From positions 6,865-70,864 of the forward strand of contig JACQWM010000007.1 of assembly GCA_016209275.1 (NCBI GenBank): 64,000 bases of DNA. The letters are read 5' to 3'. Of this stretch, positions 63,642 through 64,000 are shown piece by piece; the stretch's first letter is position 1; the number at the start of each line of letters is the position of its first letter. This DNA is from Candidatus Omnitrophota bacterium. Lineage in GTDB: Bacteria > Omnitrophota > Gorgyraeia > Aquiviventales > Aquiviventaceae. The notes below the pieces were generated by a model. It was given only the letters and a program-made list of their open reading frames with translations. It was not told where the DNA came from and ran no database searches. The position numbers and the translations under genes were made by a program.

Positions 63642-64000
63642 TTATGCTCGACGACGGCGACCGGCCTTGCCGCTGATCACCGGGGCCTTCCGACGGAGAA
63701 TAAACATGCTCACCATGCCGGCAACGACCACGAGGAATCCGGCGTAGACCAGCGGCGTGCCGGGATCGTTGCGCACCGACAGCACGGTGGTCTGCGTGGG
63801 GCCGTCAATGTAGCTGGATTGATAAAAATGGTAGCCGCGGTAGCGCAGCGGGTTATTCATGCTGATTTTTTTCATGAGGATCACGCCGCGCTCAGGATCA
63901 GAGAGCTGCACATCCGCCTCGAATCCGGAGGCCATTGAGGTGCCAGGATAGGTGATCTTGCGAAAATCCAACAGCTTGATCGTCACCGGCAGTTTGCGCT
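63642..64000 (-). CDS. resB: Cytochrome c biogenesis protein ResB/CcsB (5'-partial)
   Basis: ISMNNPLRYRGY.FYQSSY, LSVRNDPG..LVY.G. Confidence 0.85.
   Translation of the reverse strand, partial: RKLPVTIKLLDFRKITYPGTSMASGFEADVQLSDPERGVILMKKISMNNPLRYRGYHFYQSSYIDGPTQTTVLSVRNDPGTPLVYAGFLVVVAGMVSMFILRRKAPVISGKAGRRRRA

Noticed and set aside
1-64000. Prophage, transposase, reverse transcriptase, tRNA or rRNA genes
   Set aside because: I found no such motifs or cloverleaf-like sequences by eye; an Rfam or tRNAscan run would be needed to exclude small RNAs fully.

Overview
GC-rich bacterial chromosomal window made almost entirely of housekeeping and envelope genes. Gene content and repeat style suggest an uncultured lineage such as Ca. 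Omnitrophota; this is an unverified inference. Contents: a split complex I (nuoA-I with a nuoEF fusion on the minus strand, converging on nuoM-N on the plus strand), a speD-like gene, maf, dusB, an ABC exporter, aquaporin, many two-component genes, a sulfur/heme block (ahbAB, sulfite/nitrite reductase, DsrE-like, MoeZ), tpx, a ygfZ-like gene, def, elp3, ferredoxin, NlpC/P60, lexA, a MoxR-DUF58-BatA-vWA operon interrupted by a GT2/O-antigen-ligase fusion, a Gld-like ABC system, an ECF sigma operon led by a secreted mixed-charge repeat protein, a second sulfite reductase and ccsA/resB. I saw no rRNA, tRNA, CRISPR array or transposase. The most striking signal is a set of short palindromic elements and 7/8-mer periodic hairpins. 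Five of these elements, from three families, sit in-frame inside conserved genes (nuoN, maf, ygfZ-like, elp3, vWA) as 30-45 bp inserts with flanking direct repeats. Other candidates are a new LexA operator, a terminator-containing leader upstream of the speD-like gene, a Rex-like box at nuoA and an ECF promoter.
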